Below, in pieces: positions 62,050 to 64,000 of a stretch of 64,000 bases of DNA; positions within the stretch are counted from its first letter, which is position 1; each line of letters starts with the position of its first letter. The stretch spans positions 33,728,001-33,792,000 of the forward strand of contig NC_043002.1 of the NCBI RefSeq assembly GCF_006345805.1, read 5' to 3'. The notes under the pieces were generated by a model. It worked only from the letters and a program-made list of their open reading frames with translations, was not told the origin of the DNA and searched no databases. Both the position numbers and the translations under genes were made by a program. The stretch comes from Octopus sinensis. Lineage: Eukaryota.

Positions 62050-62149
62050 CTGGTAAGAAATAGAAAATAGAGAATTACAAATAAGAATATGATAAATACA
62101 AGCATGGTTCATGGTTATGAGGGAAATATGTATATGTATTTATATGCGT

Positions 62150-62815
62150 GTATATACATGTGTGTATGTATGCATGTCATTATTCAGTTATATTTCAATA
62201 TTTCTTGCCAATAGAGAGAGTTAGTTTCTAACCTAGATCCAAGATTCCGTCATTGGGATTTCAACAACATCAACAGGGTATTTTTATATGTATGTATACA
62301 TGCAGATTTGTATGTTCGTTTTATGTATGTATTCTCATGCGTATAGTTGCATATCTAGACATGCTCAGATATACTTAAATGATAAACTTCTGGGAGGTTT
62401 TACAGATTTTTACAGTTGCAATGATGGTCTGGATCTGTAGTCTTCGAATCAGCTGTCTCCTTTCTGGTTTTGAGAAGCCTTATTTCTCAAGATTGGCATT
62501 TAAGCAATGTGTTACATATCCCAATGCCACAATAGTTACAGGTATAAACCTGAACTTGTAATCTGGACTGAGTAATTGCAGATTTTTCAATAGTTCAGTG
62601 TAGGTATTCTCTTTTTCACTGATCTTCAGCTTTATGTTAACACCTGCTGGGCAGCTGATTTCCACAACTGTACACATTTTCTCTTCTCTATCCCAAATCA
62701 TTATGTCAGGTCTATTATGTTTATATTTTATTGAGGTTTTCACTGGGACATTCCACCAGTATTCCTTTTTATTATGAGTAGCTTTGACTTCCACCACACT
62801 ATGGGTTCTTATTTC
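62150..62815 (-). mobile_element. 3' end of an RLE-type (R4/NeSL-like) non-LTR retrotransposon
   Basis: WWNVPVKTSIKYKHNRPDIMIWDREEKMCTVVEISCP..EKENTY..FIPVTIVALG..LEKLG..LQIQTIIATVKI is a PD-(D/E)xK restriction-like endonuclease. It is followed by a 3' UTR and a (CATA)-like tail. Confidence 0.82.
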
Positions 62816-63106
62816 TTTGTCCTCAGGGGTGGGTAGATGGATATGCAGATATGTATGTATGGGTAGATGCATGCATGCATGGAAAGATATATACAGATAT
62901 GTATAAAGGAATTATGGGAATAGGGTCAGAATAGGTGCAGTAGCATCCTGACTGTAACCAAAATATGCTTGTGTATGTGTGTGTGTTACCATCACCATCA
63001 TCATTTTGTTTGCTTTTCATACTAGTACAAATTGGGCAGGGGATCTATTCTTATAAGCTGGACAGCAACCTCACTAGTCCTGTAAAGTGGTTGGTATCCA
63101 ATTGAA

Positions 63107-63337
63107 GGCGGCGAGCTGGCAGAAACGTTAGCACGCCGGATGAAATGCTTAGCAGTATTTCGTCTGTCGTTACGTTGCGAGTTCAAATTCCGCCGAGGTT
63201 GACTTTGCCTTTCATCCTTTCGGGGTCGATAAATTAAGTACCAGTTCCACACTGGGGTCGATGTAATCGACTTAATACCTATGTCTGTCCTTGTTTGTCC
63301 CCTCTATGTTTAGCCCCTTGTGGGTAATAAAGAAATA
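63107..63337 (+). mobile_element. SINE B, young copy with TSD
   Basis: Flanked by GGTATCCAAT at 63093-63102 and 63338-63347. Confidence 0.9.
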
Positions 63338-63491
63338 GGTATCCAATCAAAGGGATCATAACAAAGAAAACAGTGGAGCGTGATGCAGTTACTAGTCAAA
63401 TCACCCAATCTATGATAGAATGGAACATGGATGTGAAATGGTGATAATAATGATGTTGATGATTATGATACAAATATATAGATATGTGATG

Positions 63492-63529
<38 letters not shown>

Positions 63530-63530
<1 letters not shown>

Positions 63531-63755
63531 AGGATGTATGGCCTATTGGTTAGAGTGTTGCACTCATGATCGCGAGATCATGGTTTCAATTCCTAGACTG
63601 GGTGGTGTGTTGTGTTCTTGAACAATCACTTCGACACCTGACATGCGGTACACAGTGCACATGTTCGGACAATGTCAATTTGATGGAGAGTGTGAGCCAA
63701 TGTGTGACAGAAACATTTGATTCCTATAAACAAATCATTTGTGCAGGTATTCGGT
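63530..63755 (+). mobile_element. SINE D-like copy
   Basis: GGATGTATGGCCTATTGGTTAGAGTG..GGTTTCAATTCC..TGTGTTCTTGAACAA. Confidence 0.7.
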
Positions 63756-63918
63756 AGTAGCTGAATGCTAATACATCATCTTTTTATAGGAGAGTCCATC
63801 ATACACACAATTACATATGTAGACTATATAACAGTATAACTATCCAGTGTCAAGTACACTAAGTAGTTTGGTGCATTTCAGGGAAGGACAGAGTACATAA
63901 GTTGTGTGAGGTACATAC

Positions 63919-64000
63919 CAGTATAAAGTTGCAGTATCAGAACCTCTGCGAAGCTCAACCAGCAGCTGTTTGTTATAAACATTGAACACCCGTATCAGTG
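63919..64000 (-). CDS. WDR45: WDR45 exon, truncated by the window end, containing the phosphoinositide-binding LRRG motif (LIRVFNVYNKQLLVELRRGSDTATLY-C)
   Basis: Donor TAC TG|gtatgt, phase 2 matching the next exon. Matches GTLIRLFDT..KLVELRRGTDPATLYC. Confidence 0.96.

Noticed and set aside
63022-63100. DPLPNLY resembling WDR45 DPATLY
   Set aside because: The true exon with LRRGSDTATLY is at 63919-64000.

Overview
AT-rich, repeat-dense eukaryotic genomic DNA, most likely a coleoid cephalopod (Octopus). This is inferred from the SINE and RTE repeat families I recognise and was not confirmed by search. Three spliced genes lie in tandem on the minus strand, all reconstructed by hand with GT-AG junctions and matching phases. 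They are the last four coding exons of WDR45/WIPI4 (59268-64000, gene continues past the window end), a complete two-coding-exon TMUB1/2-like gene (331 aa, CDS 34981-38316, candidate 5' exons near 46.7 and 47.3 kb), and the first five coding exons of ORC4 (3834-15832, candidate non-coding exon 1 at 24857; gene continues past the window start). The rest is mainly mobile DNA. It includes at least four tRNA-headed SINE families, a near-full-length but frameshifted RTE LINE plus many 3' fragments, CR1/L2 and RLE-type LINE fragments, and Penelope-like termini with hammerhead-like motifs. It also includes mariner, pogo, Merlin, hAT, piggyBac and Helitron relics, a 5S rRNA pseudogene fragment and long microsatellites. 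Nearly all long ORFs in the supplied track are microsatellite or TE artefacts. I cannot prove a new biological system. The best leads are hammerhead-like motifs with a recurrent non-canonical core, a splice acceptor directly before the ORF of a sense-strand RTE in ORC4 intron 1, and a series of long fold-backs, two of them built from like-ends of transposases. TE boundaries are approximate unless TIRs or TSDs are quoted.
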